A DNA stretch of 39,200 bases from a virus (lineage: Duplodnaviria; Heunggongvirae; Uroviricota; Caudoviricetes): the IMG/VR virus record IMGVR_UViG_3300015360_001243, positions 113,999 to 153,198 of that record. One strand, written 5' to 3'. Below the pieces are notes generated by a model. That model worked only from the letters and a program-made list of their open reading frames with translations. It made no database searches and was not told the DNA's origin. The stretch's first letter is position 1. Each line of letters opens with the position of its first letter. Made by a program: the position numbers and the translations under genes. Shown here piece after piece: positions 16,998-25,866 of the stretch.

Positions 16998-18184
16998 TCC
17001 TTGGTGACGTGCATTTAGGTAAAGGAGTCAATATCGGTCGAGCCGGTATTGGTGCCAATCTTAATAGCAGAGTCGCAGACCAATTAAACCTACTAGACTG
17101 GACGTTAGAGCAAGCGGTTGATAGGGGAATTGAACACATCATCGTTACTGGAGATGTTTTTGAAGATCCTAAACCTCACCCATCTCTAATCACCATGTTT
17201 ATCGCTTGGCTCAAAAAGTGTCAAGCATATGAAGTTCATGTCCACATTATCTTGGGAAACCATGATATGCTTCGTAGCGGTATGGTTTTTACCTCTTCTC
17301 TTGATATTATCAATGAAGTAGAGTTAGAGAACATTAACGTCTATAAGGATATTAACACGATTTTTATCGGCACATCAGCCATTACTATAATGCCCTTCCG
17401 AGATAGGAAGTCTTTTAGTTGTAACTCTAATGCTGAAGCGCTTGGCATTCTCCGTGAAAGCCTGGTTTATGAATTGGCTACTGCGCCAGTTACATATAAG
17501 AAAATTTTAGTTGGTCATTTAGCTATTGAAGGCTCTATCCCCGTTGGCGATGAAATCGATGATATTGCTAATGAATTGTTTTGTCCGCTTGATATGTTCA
17601 ACGGATACGACTACGTTTGGATGGGTCACGTTCATAAGCCTCAAGTTATGAAGAAAAAGAATCCGTATATTGCCCACGTTGGCAGCATGGATATCTCTAA
17701 TTTTGGAGAGACGGATCATCAAAAATATATTGTTATTCTGAATTGTGATTCAGAGACTAGCGGATTTGAAATGGAATATCTTCCAACTCGTCCGCTTAAA
17801 AAACTTGCTGTATCTGTTCCTAAGGACACTATCGATACTACTGCTTACGTTATCGAGCAAATCAAGAAAGAGACTCAGGATTTCAGCCGTTCAATTGTCA
17901 GAGTGGAAGTTACTTTGGCCGATCCTGGATTGAAATCTGTTAGCAAATCAAGCATTGAAAAATTCTTGACGGAACAAGGCGCGTTCAACGTAACCAATGT
18001 TTCAGAGTCTAAGAAGATCGCACTCATTAAAAAGGATGGTAGTAATGTTCTTGACACTAAGATGGATGTCGTAACCGCCATTAAAACATATGCGGAAGCT
18101 CATATTGAAGCGCAGCATCGTGATGCTTACATAGAGCAGTCATTAGAAATCTATTATCTTTACAAAGCTGAGGCCAAAGAATGA
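16982..18184 (+). CDS. sbcD: SbcD/Mre11-like metallophosphoesterase nuclease
   Basis: ILGDVHLG, VTGDVFE, ILGNHD, VGHL, MGHVHKPQ, YVGS-like HVGS motifs. Confidence 0.92.
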   Translation: MSHAIILGDVHLGKGVNIGRAGIGANLNSRVADQLNLLDWTLEQAVDRGIEHIIVTGDVFEDPKPHPSLITMFIAWLKKCQAYEVHVHIILGNHDMLRSGMVFTSSLDIINEVELENINVYKDINTIFIGTSAITIMPFRDRKSFSCNSNAEALGILRESLVYELATAPVTYKKILVGHLAIEGSIPVGDEIDDIANELFCPLDMFNGYDYVWMGHVHKPQVMKKKNPYIAHVGSMDISNFGETDHQKYIVILNCDSETSGFEMEYLPTRPLKKLAVSVPKDTIDTTAYVIEQIKKETQDFSRSIVRVEVTLADPGLKSVSKSSIEKFLTEQGAFNVTNVSESKKIALIKKDGSNVLDTKMDVVTAIKTYAEAHIEAQHRDAYIEQSLEIYYLYKAEAKE

Positions 18185-20403
18185 AGTTACTCAGGCTCTA
18201 TATTAAAGACTTTCTTTGTTATGATGTTGGGTATGTAGATTTTACTCAGTTTAGCGCTGCCCTTATTGTTGGAAAAAAAGAAAACAATGACATGTACTCG
18301 AACGGTGTTGGTAAAACCACCATCTTCAAAGCTATTGAATACATTCTATTCAATGAGTCAGATTGCCCTCTAGAGAGAGTTATTAGGGATGACACTAATA
18401 AGTGTCAGATTGTACTTGATTTTATTATTGGAGATCAAGAATATAGACTGGCCCGTTCCAGGACTAAGAAGGGCGCCACCGACCTTACACTGTTTCAACG
18501 CAATGGAACTGATGGTGAGCTAGGTGAAGTTCTGCACAACGCTAACGAAGAGCCTTTCCTGTCCAAGAAAGAAACCGAGAAATTCTGGAAGGACATTTCG
18601 GGCAGCCGAGCCTCGGATACAGAAAAGAACCTAGCAAAACTTATTAAATTGAATCATAAGGCCTTCATTAGTACGGCCCTGTTTCCTCAGAATGATATGA
18701 GCGGTCTTCCGACCGCCACTCCTGAGAAACGTAAAGCCATTCTCAAAGATGGCCTTGACCTTGTTATCTATGCCAAGTTGGAAAAGCTAGCTAAAGAAAA
18801 GGCTGGTATTATATCCAAAGATATCGAAAAGAACAAACTTCTTATCGAAACGATTGGCGATCCTCTTAAAGAAATTGAATTGCTAGGCCAGCAACTATCT
18901 ACCGTAGACGTTACTCTGAAAGATAAGGGAGATCTACTTGTCTTGGCTTCGGCTGAGCAAGAGGCTTTTGCAATTAAAATTGCTGAGCTTACAACCCTGC
19001 ATTCTACACTGGAAAGTAAGTTTGCTTCATTACTAGTTCAAGAAAAGACTTTATCCGGAGAAAAATCTAGGTTAGAAATTTCTGTAAAAGAATACACTTC
19101 TAAAAAATCCAACACCGCTAAAGCGGCTCGTGAACTTGTAGAAGAAATTAAGACGCTGAAAATTCAGCAAGCCGAGTTGATTGCGCTTGATTATTCTCAG
19201 ATAGATATTATCACCGAGCAAATTAATCTGTTTAAAGAGAAAATTGCTACACATAATGTAACTATCAAAAATAGTTTAGAGGAGTATGAGGACTTAAAAG
19301 TTCCCATGCCGAGTGGTAGTAAGTGTAAGTCTTGTCGTAAGTCCATGTCTGACAAAGATAGGGAGAACCACAAGGAGCATACCGCCGCTGAAATGAAGTC
19401 TCTTCAAGAAGCGATTGCTACGGCTAAGAAAGAAATTGCTTCTTTAAATCCAGAAGTACTCAAAAAACAACAAGAAATTAACAGCCTAAATCTTTCTAAG
19501 CAGCAATTAGAAAGCATTCTTACCAAGATTACCGCAAAAAATAAAGAAATTCAAGATAAGAAATCTCTTCATGATGAGTATTCCGATCTATTAAAGAAAT
19601 TTCAAGGCGAATTACTCTCTAAAACAGAGGAGTTGGATCTTATTAAGGAAGAACTGAAGAATTCCTCCGTTGAAGAAGCTGAGGTCGTCAAAGCTCAAAT
19701 TGATGCTGAGAAGGCTAAATCAACCACTATAGTGGCAACTATCGGCCTTTTGAATAAAGAAATCAACCACTATAATAGTAATAAAGCTGTTGTTCAACAT
19801 ACTATCGAGCAGAAAACTAAGGATAGTCTAAAAAAGATAGAATTGACTAAATCTCTAGCAGAGCTAGAGGTTAAATTCGGTGTATTCCCTCTAGTTATAC
19901 AAGGATTCTCATCAACTGGTATTCCTAACCTTATCATTCAAAACGTCTTGGATGATTTGCAGATTGAGGCTAATAATCTATTGGCACAGCTTAAGCCTGG
20001 CCTTCAGCTTTCGTTCTTTGTTGAAAAAACGGTGGAGAAGACGGGCGACCAGGCTGATACACTTGGCATCAATTATCATATTAATGGTAAAGAAAGATAC
20101 TACAAACAATTGTCTGGAGCCATGCAACTGGCTGTAGCTTTTAGCTTGAAACTAGGCTTTTCATTCTTGCTTCAGAAGACAATCGGAACCGATATTAGAT
20201 TTCTTCTATTGGATGAAATTGATCAGTCTTTAGATAAGGCTAGCGTAGATGCATTCGCAGATATTGTAAAGTTTTTCCAAAAGGATTTTACCATTCTAAT
20301 TATTACGCATAACGATCGATTAAAAGATAAATTCTCCCATGCTATATTGGTCGAACAAGATATCAATATGGTATCAAGAGCAAGAGTAGTTTCCTCTTGG
20401 TAA
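18181..20403 (+). CDS. sbcC: SbcC/Rad50-like SMC ATPase
   Basis: NGVGKTT Walker A, coiled coil with CKSC zinc hook, LSGAMQ signature, LLLDEID Walker B, IITHN; ATGA overlap with sbcD. Confidence 0.92.
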   Translation: MKLLRLYIKDFLCYDVGYVDFTQFSAALIVGKKENNDMYSNGVGKTTIFKAIEYILFNESDCPLERVIRDDTNKCQIVLDFIIGDQEYRLARSRTKKGATDLTLFQRNGTDGELGEVLHNANEEPFLSKKETEKFWKDISGSRASDTEKNLAKLIKLNHKAFISTALFPQNDMSGLPTATPEKRKAILKDGLDLVIYAKLEKLAKEKAGIISKDIEKNKLLIETIGDPLKEIELLGQQLSTVDVTLKDKGDLLVLASAEQEAFAIKIAELTTLHSTLESKFASLLVQEKTLSGEKSRLEISVKEYTSKKSNTAKAARELVEEIKTLKIQQAELIALDYSQIDIITEQINLFKEKIATHNVTIKNSLEEYEDLKVPMPSGSKCKSCRKSMSDKDRENHKEHTAAEMKSLQEAIATAKKEIASLNPEVLKKQQEINSLNLSKQQLESILTKITAKNKEIQDKKSLHDEYSDLLKKFQGELLSKTEELDLIKEELKNSSVEEAEVVKAQIDAEKAKSTTIVATIGLLNKEINHYNSNKAVVQHTIEQKTKDSLKKIELTKSLAELEVKFGVFPLVIQGFSSTGIPNLIIQNVLDDLQIEANNLLAQLKPGLQLSFFVEKTVEKTGDQADTLGINYHINGKERYYKQLSGAMQLAVAFSLKLGFSFLLQKTIGTDIRFLLLDEIDQSLDKASVDAFADIVKFFQKDFTILIITHNDRLKDKFSHAILVEQDINMVSRARVVSSW

Positions 20404-20412
20404 GGAGTGCGT

Positions 20413-21021
20413 ATGTACAAGATTGCAATAACTGGAAAAGCAAATACGGGTAAAAACACAGTTGGCAAATTGCTATTTAAGCATCTTTATGATTTGAAGT
20501 TTGATTATACTAAAGGCCCCGCCGAGAGTTTCTCTGGGATTAAGTATATGGCGTTTGCCGATCCAATCAAAGAAATGATTCGTATAGCTTATCCTGAAGT
20601 TCCCCGTAAGTGGCTTTATGGGTCTTCTAAATTCAGGACGCAAACTATTCCGGGAGCTTTCAAGAATGGAATCCCGTTGACAGTACGCCAATGTCTAATT
20701 GATATTGGTAACGATTTTGGCCGTGCTAATAAATCAGATATTTGGCTTCGCAATTTTGACAACAGATTTGCTAAACAAGTTAAGAAGACAACTAGCATTG
20801 TTGCTGTTACAGATTGTCGTTTTCGTAATGAGTTCGATCATCTTAAGAGTCTTGGGTTTTACCAAATCAGGTTGATGAGGGATTCTCATACTAAGATTAA
20901 TGACATTAGTGAAACTAATCAAGATGGCATTGCCGATAATGAATTTGACTATGTCATTAATAACAATGGCTCTTTAGAAGAGCTTGAAAATCACGTAAAG
21001 AAAATCGTCTCTCAACTCTGA
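20413..21021 (+). CDS. Deoxynucleoside monophosphate kinase (phage type)
   Basis: IAITGKANTGKNT P-loop, AFADPIKE, RQCLIDIG..FGR, VTDCRFRNE, SET; AAGGAG SD before ATG 20413. Confidence 0.85.
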   Translation: MYKIAITGKANTGKNTVGKLLFKHLYDLKFDYTKGPAESFSGIKYMAFADPIKEMIRIAYPEVPRKWLYGSSKFRTQTIPGAFKNGIPLTVRQCLIDIGNDFGRANKSDIWLRNFDNRFAKQVKKTTSIVAVTDCRFRNEFDHLKSLGFYQIRLMRDSHTKINDISETNQDGIADNEFDYVINNNGSLEELENHVKKIVSQL

Positions 21022-21050
21022 AATTACGTATATTTCGGTATCTACTTAAG

Positions 21051-21365
21051 ATGAGCACCGAAGGTATAAAATCTAATTTGGTTCCAGAATTCCTAGCTAA
21101 TGGCGAGGATAAATTCTATCGTTCCATTATGTTTATAGCCATACAAAAATTAGTGTTAATAAATAAAGGGGCCTATCGAGGAATCCCTCCCCACATAGAA
21201 TATCTAGATTATTATGATAGGTTCATAATATTGTATAGAAGAGAGGGAGATGAGGTTTATCTTAGTATAGCCAAGATGCTCCGCAAGGCAGCCCATAAGC
21301 TTTATCGCATAATGTTGAAAAAGAATATGACCCCTCCTAATGCAAAGTTCCTAAATTTGGTTTAA
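21051..21365 (+). CDS. Hypothetical protein (104 aa)
   Basis: ORF in operon-like packing; no family recognised. Confidence 0.75.
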   Translation: MSTEGIKSNLVPEFLANGEDKFYRSIMFIAIQKLVLINKGAYRGIPPHIEYLDYYDRFIILYRREGDEVYLSIAKMLRKAAHKLYRIMLKKNMTPPNAKFLNLV

Positions 21366-21366
21366 T

Positions 21367-22356
21367 ATGGCAGTTATCAGCGTTTCAGTTACAGCTTCCG
21401 ACGAACAAGTAGTGGCCGGGATTCCCAAGACCGTATCTATTACCACCAATATTACAGCGTCCATTTTTTATACGCTAGATGGTTCTACGCCCACTTTGTT
21501 CTCTACCATGTACACTGGCGCTATCTTTTTGCCATATGATAAACTCTCAGTAACTTTAAAAATTCTTGCCAGCAATGGAGTTGATACCTCCCCAATAGTT
21601 TCTGAAACCTATCTTACAAATATGGCCAGCGGCACTAACGTTCGTCTTGCTCACTCAGGCACAGACGCACAAGCGCAGGAAAATATTCCAGATTTATATC
21701 CCTATGGTACTAATCCAATTCAACCTAATGCTGGTTTTCAAAGCCCAGCCGAAGTAGGTATCACGGTTAATAACCCAGCCCTACCTTCCAATCCAACAGG
21801 ATTTGATGCTGCTGGCGATCCAACAGGATTCACTAATCAACCATTTGATCTATTAAATTATAGTGTCAAGTATTCTGAGACAGATAGAATTGGACAAATG
21901 GGACATGGTATAGGAACCCTTCCGTCAAAATCTGTTATTGAACAAGTGCCTCCTCCACCTGAAGAAACATTTCAAAACACCCCAACTTTTGACCCTCGTG
22001 CTTTCGTTATTTTTCAAGATGCCTCGACGGAGAATCCAGAGGATCCCCCTCACATCAATAGAATGCAATTTTCACTAGAAGATCCTGAGAGAGCAAGAGA
22101 CGGCGCCCATTTCTTTACTGCTGGAATGGACTCGCCCCCTTTGAGTGGAACATTTTTGCGCTCCCACTATAATCCAAGAACTAATCAAATTACTTACTAT
22201 TACAGAGACAGTTGGACTAACAAGTGGATTATTTCAACAATGCCATATGTTCCAAGTGCCTCTGCGGGCAACTTATCAGGAATGGTTTTGTCCAAACAGG
22301 CTGGTGCCGGATTTGTTTTTGAATGGCAGCCATTTGCTCGCAGAGTATTATTCTAA
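21367..22356 (+). CDS. Hypothetical protein with N-terminal chitobiase/FN3-associated beta-sandwich
   Basis: IFYTLDGSTPT..ST.YTGAI...TLKILA motif of CHB_HEX_C/Fn3-associated domains; Pro-rich remainder. Confidence 0.7.
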   Translation: MAVISVSVTASDEQVVAGIPKTVSITTNITASIFYTLDGSTPTLFSTMYTGAIFLPYDKLSVTLKILASNGVDTSPIVSETYLTNMASGTNVRLAHSGTDAQAQENIPDLYPYGTNPIQPNAGFQSPAEVGITVNNPALPSNPTGFDAAGDPTGFTNQPFDLLNYSVKYSETDRIGQMGHGIGTLPSKSVIEQVPPPPEETFQNTPTFDPRAFVIFQDASTENPEDPPHINRMQFSLEDPERARDGAHFFTAGMDSPPLSGTFLRSHYNPRTNQITYYYRDSWTNKWIISTMPYVPSASAGNLSGMVLSKQAGAGFVFEWQPFARRVLF

Positions 22357-22370
22357 AACTTATTCAGATA

Positions 22371-22378
22371 GATATATA
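22371..22378 (+). promoter_or_regulatory. GATATATA motif
   Basis: AGATATATAG in the 54-nt gap, 32 nt before ATG 22411. Confidence 0.5.
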
Positions 22379-22410
22379 GTTATTACACATTAAGCGAAAA
22401 GATAATAATT

Positions 22411-23205
22411 ATGGTATCTAAGGAAGACGAATTCCGCGTATCTGTTAGTAAGACTAAAACATTCATCGATTGTAAGGCAAAATTTAAGTTCTGCTATGTA
22501 GAAAAACTTCCTCGTAAAGACTGGGATTTTCACGTGTTCGGCAAGTTTTGCCATTCAGTTCTTGAAGAGTTCCATAAGACCTACATGGAAGGTTGCTTGC
22601 TTCCTTACAATATTGTAATGGGAGATTCTTTCAAGAAGGCTCTTGTTGAGTATAAAGACAAGATGACTCCACAAATGCGCAAGGATTGTTGGGACATCAT
22701 TGATAAGTATTTGCGTATGGTGACAAAGGAGAAAAATAATGGAACTCCTGCCAACGTTATTGCTGTTGAAAAAAGATTCGAATTACCTGTCGGTGAAAAT
22801 ATTGTTTTAAACGGAGCAATTGACAGAATTCAATTAGATGCTGATGGTGTAGTGCACGTTGGCGACTATAAGACCGTCAAAAATAAAAAATATCTGAAGG
22901 ACGATTTTTTTCAATTATTAACTTATGCCTTCGTTATAATGTCTGAAGACCCGACAATCACCAAGGTCAGGGCGTCTTACATTCTTTTGCGATATGATTT
23001 TGAGTATATTACTACAGAATTCAAGCGAGAAGATGTGATGAGCGTAGAACAAAAGTATATCGACTACGTAACAGCAATGGTGACAGAGAAAAATTTCACA
23101 CCTAACCCGACCGCTTTATGTAATTACTGCGACTATCAAGAACGATGTCCAGAGGGTAAAACTAAATCTTACAATAAACCAGTCTACGGTGAAGTAGGTT
23201 ACTAA
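22411..23205 (+). CDS. PD-(D/E)XK nuclease, RecB/Cas4-like
   Basis: SVSK..TFIDC, G.FCHSVLE, AVEKRF, GAIDRI, DYKT, QLLTYA, CNYCDYQERC (1+3 Cys arrangement typical of Fe-S staple nucleases). Confidence 0.88.
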   Translation: MVSKEDEFRVSVSKTKTFIDCKAKFKFCYVEKLPRKDWDFHVFGKFCHSVLEEFHKTYMEGCLLPYNIVMGDSFKKALVEYKDKMTPQMRKDCWDIIDKYLRMVTKEKNNGTPANVIAVEKRFELPVGENIVLNGAIDRIQLDADGVVHVGDYKTVKNKKYLKDDFFQLLTYAFVIMSEDPTITKVRASYILLRYDFEYITTEFKREDVMSVEQKYIDYVTAMVTEKNFTPNPTALCNYCDYQERCPEGKTKSYNKPVYGEVGY

Positions 23206-23214
23206 GAGGATCAA

Positions 23215-24462
23215 ATGCAAATTGAAGTTAAAGAAATTGAACCATGCAAGTTGTCGATTCATTATACGGCTTCCGCCCTAGAGATTATGAATAAGCGAGG
23301 AGAAATACTCACTCATTTCAAGAAGGCTCCGGTTCCAGGCTTCCGTCAAGGTAAGGCATCCTTAGATGCTATTAAGGTTCATTATCGCACTCAAATCGAA
23401 GAGTCTCTTAAGAGAGCTTTGGCAGAAGATGCGTATCACAATACCTTATTTGAAAAGAAGATTAAGCCCCACGGCGCCCCACGTTTCAATTCCCTGCTTA
23501 TGGCAGATGGCAAGTTTACGTGTGAATTCGATTTACACACTAAACCAGAGTTTGAGATGGCGTCTTATATTGACATAACACTTCCTAAGCCGCATGAGGA
23601 AGAAGATGAAGTCGCGGTCACTGAAAAAATGATGCAGGAACTTAGAGTTCGTTTTGGTGAAGTTACTCCTTTTTCTGAAACTGATTTCGTTGAGAATGGC
23701 GATAATGTCATTCTAGACTATGAGGGTTTCTTAGATGGTGAGAGGGTTGAAAATCTTTGCGCCACCGGAGAGATGCTTACCGTTGGTAATACCAATTTTA
23801 CGTATTTCGATCAGAACATTCTTGGAATGATTGTTGGCGAAACAAGAGAGTTTGATTTGCTTGTTCCAGAAGATAGTCTGCCTTCTTTAGCTGGTAAGAG
23901 CGTACACCTTGTTGTAACACTTCATACCGGATCTAAGACTGTTCCGTATCCTCTAGATGATACTTTGGCAATTCGTCTTGGAAAGAAAGATTTTTCTGAG
24001 TTAAAGGAATATGTTAAGGGTACTGCCGCTGCTACTCTTCAAAACAAAGCAAAGGGCCAGATTAACGAAGCCGTTGCTAATAAGTTAGTGGCTGAGACCG
24101 TTATTGCAGTTCCAAACTGGATGTCTCTATCTGAGGCTCAATATTTAGCACATAACGCTAAAATTGATTGGGCTACAATGGCTGACGTTGATAGAGAGAA
24201 ATATCTCAGCATGGCAGAGAAGAATGTCAAGCTAGCTTTGATTCTAGATAGAGTTAGAGAAGAACAGCCCGAAGCTCAGTTGACTGATCAAGAAGTGTTT
24301 GATGTTATCAAACAGAATCTTGCTAAAACTAATGTGAATAGACCAATGGACGAAGTCATGGAACAAATGAATAAGTCTGGATATTTGCAAATTTTGTTCT
24401 CTCGTATTCGAGATGAACATACCATGGATTACATTACTAAAAGTGTAAAATTTGTTGAATAA
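23215..24462 (+). CDS. tig: Trigger factor
   Basis: VPGFRQGKA ribosome-binding loop, FKBP-like GDNVILDYEG.LDGE...GM.VGETREF, C-terminal helical domain; 415 aa. Confidence 0.92.
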   Translation: MQIEVKEIEPCKLSIHYTASALEIMNKRGEILTHFKKAPVPGFRQGKASLDAIKVHYRTQIEESLKRALAEDAYHNTLFEKKIKPHGAPRFNSLLMADGKFTCEFDLHTKPEFEMASYIDITLPKPHEEEDEVAVTEKMMQELRVRFGEVTPFSETDFVENGDNVILDYEGFLDGERVENLCATGEMLTVGNTNFTYFDQNILGMIVGETREFDLLVPEDSLPSLAGKSVHLVVTLHTGSKTVPYPLDDTLAIRLGKKDFSELKEYVKGTAAATLQNKAKGQINEAVANKLVAETVIAVPNWMSLSEAQYLAHNAKIDWATMADVDREKYLSMAEKNVKLALILDRVREEQPEAQLTDQEVFDVIKQNLAKTNVNRPMDEVMEQMNKSGYLQILFSRIRDEHTMDYITKSVKFVE

Positions 24463-24474
24463 GGAGATTGTGCG

Positions 24475-24792
24475 ATGAGTAAGAAAGACGGACAAACCCC
24501 GGTTACGTTCCCAGAGAAGTATGCCAAGGTGATTGATAAGATGCCAGAGTTCAAAGATATTGCCGAAGCGGCAGGTGTCGATGACTTGAAGAAGATTATC
24601 GTTACCTGTGAAGGAAACCTTTATACCATTGAGAAAGAGAAGGAAGATGATATCAAACTCTCTGGCGCAAAGGAATTCGTAAAGGAATATTCCGAGCCAT
24701 ATCGTGATGCTGCCAAGGCTCAGACAGCAAAGATTAAGTATGCTCTATTCTTGCTTGAAGGCAAGGGAGTTGACTTAAACAATAAGGACTAA
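24475..24792 (+). CDS. Hypothetical protein (105 aa)
   Basis: AAGGAG SD; ORF in operon-like packing. Confidence 0.8.
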   Translation: MSKKDGQTPVTFPEKYAKVIDKMPEFKDIAEAAGVDDLKKIIVTCEGNLYTIEKEKEDDIKLSGAKEFVKEYSEPYRDAAKAQTAKIKYALFLLEGKGVDLNNKD

Positions 24793-24794
24793 TA

Positions 24795-25073
24795 ATGAAA
24801 ACGGAGAGATTTGTGGTCCAAGCATGCTGTGGAAAAACAGCAGTTATCTTAAAAACTGACCAACCTTTGACTAAAGATCACATAGTTAAGTTGGTTGCAT
24901 TAGGTTGGCGCGAGCAAGAGCATTTTACTAAAGCGGGAATACTATATGTGGATAATCCGGACTTTATTCTGACGGGTCCGATAGGTTCCGATAGACTAAC
25001 CGTCAAATGTAAACACGCTGAATGCACCCAAAAACTCAATGATTTGGAGGTGTTACTTCAGCAGTTGGGGTAA
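24795..25073 (+). CDS. Hypothetical protein (92 aa)
   Basis: AAGGA SD; ACCG and CKHAEC motifs. Confidence 0.75.
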   Translation: MKTERFVVQACCGKTAVILKTDQPLTKDHIVKLVALGWREQEHFTKAGILYVDNPDFILTGPIGSDRLTVKCKHAECTQKLNDLEVLLQQLG

Positions 25074-25075
25074 CA

Positions 25076-25741
25076 ATGGCTAGTAATAACGCAGGATCTA
25101 TTGGAAATATTAGAAAGAAATTCCATTATACCCATGAATTGATTTCTACAGCTTATCATGAGGCAGGCCATACAGTTTATGGGTTACTTCATCATATGAA
25201 TATTGACTCTGTTCTAGTATTCGAAGATAAGAAATCTAAAAGAATTCATGGGTTTACTCATTATGACCCTGCTGAATTATCCGAAATTCAGGACGCCAAT
25301 CTCTTTAATGACCGTCTGCATGCTGAAATCTGTTTATCTTACGCAGGGTTAGTGGCAGAGAAGCGTAGCTTCAAGTTACTTTCAGGGACCGATAAGTTCC
25401 CTATGTTCTTGAGAGAGGGCTCTTGTCATGACTTTTCAGAGGCCGCCGAACTCTTTCAAAAGTGGGCTTTATGTAAGCCCGGAAGAGAAAGATACAATTA
25501 CAAGCAAAAATTGATCAAACAAATTGATCAAGAATTAATTGATCACTGGGATGCGGTCTCCTTAGTGGCTCACGGCTTGTTTAAAAAGAAAAAAATTCTA
25601 TTCAGTGAACTTCAAGATTTGTTGACTAAAAAAAGTCAAAATAAACAATTTTGGAAAAATCAATTCAAGGCCATTAATTATATGTATAACAATAATGAGA
25701 CCCTTGACGAAAAAGAATTAAAATCTATATTGTCCATTTGA
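25076..25741 (+). CDS. Stand-alone peptidase M41-like (FtsH protease-domain-like) protein
   Basis: TAYHEAGHTV (HExxH), ICLSYAGLVAEK, GSCHDFSEA (third ligand Asp); no AAA or membrane segment. Confidence 0.8.
   Translation: MASNNAGSIGNIRKKFHYTHELISTAYHEAGHTVYGLLHHMNIDSVLVFEDKKSKRIHGFTHYDPAELSEIQDANLFNDRLHAEICLSYAGLVAEKRSFKLLSGTDKFPMFLREGSCHDFSEAAELFQKWALCKPGRERYNYKQKLIKQIDQELIDHWDAVSLVAHGLFKKKKILFSELQDLLTKKSQNKQFWKNQFKAINYMYNNNETLDEKELKSILSI
25704..25731 (+). promoter_or_regulatory. Candidate sigma70 promoter for dnaE, embedded in the upstream gene end
   Basis: TTGACG-16 nt-TATATT. Confidence 0.5.
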
Positions 25742-25866
25742 TCGAAAAGTAACCACACCGTATTCCCTGGCATTAGTACACTCAGCCTACCCTTAGGCTG
25801 GAAGCGCTCACGAACGAGTTAGATGTACACTGTATGTTACAGTACACAACCATAGGAAGTACTATG
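25742..25866 (+). other. Structured 5' leader of dnaE (candidate cis-regulatory RNA)
   Basis: Stems 25776-82/25821-28, 25783-89/25794-800, 25806-09/25816-19, 25829-34/25838-43 and 25851-55/25862-66 (last one buries the ATG). Folded by eye only. Confidence 0.4.

Noticed and set aside
25742-25863. dnaE leader as a hammerhead ribozyme or known riboswitch
   Set aside because: No CUGANGA/GAAA core and no aptamer consensus I recognise; kept only as an unclassified structured leader.
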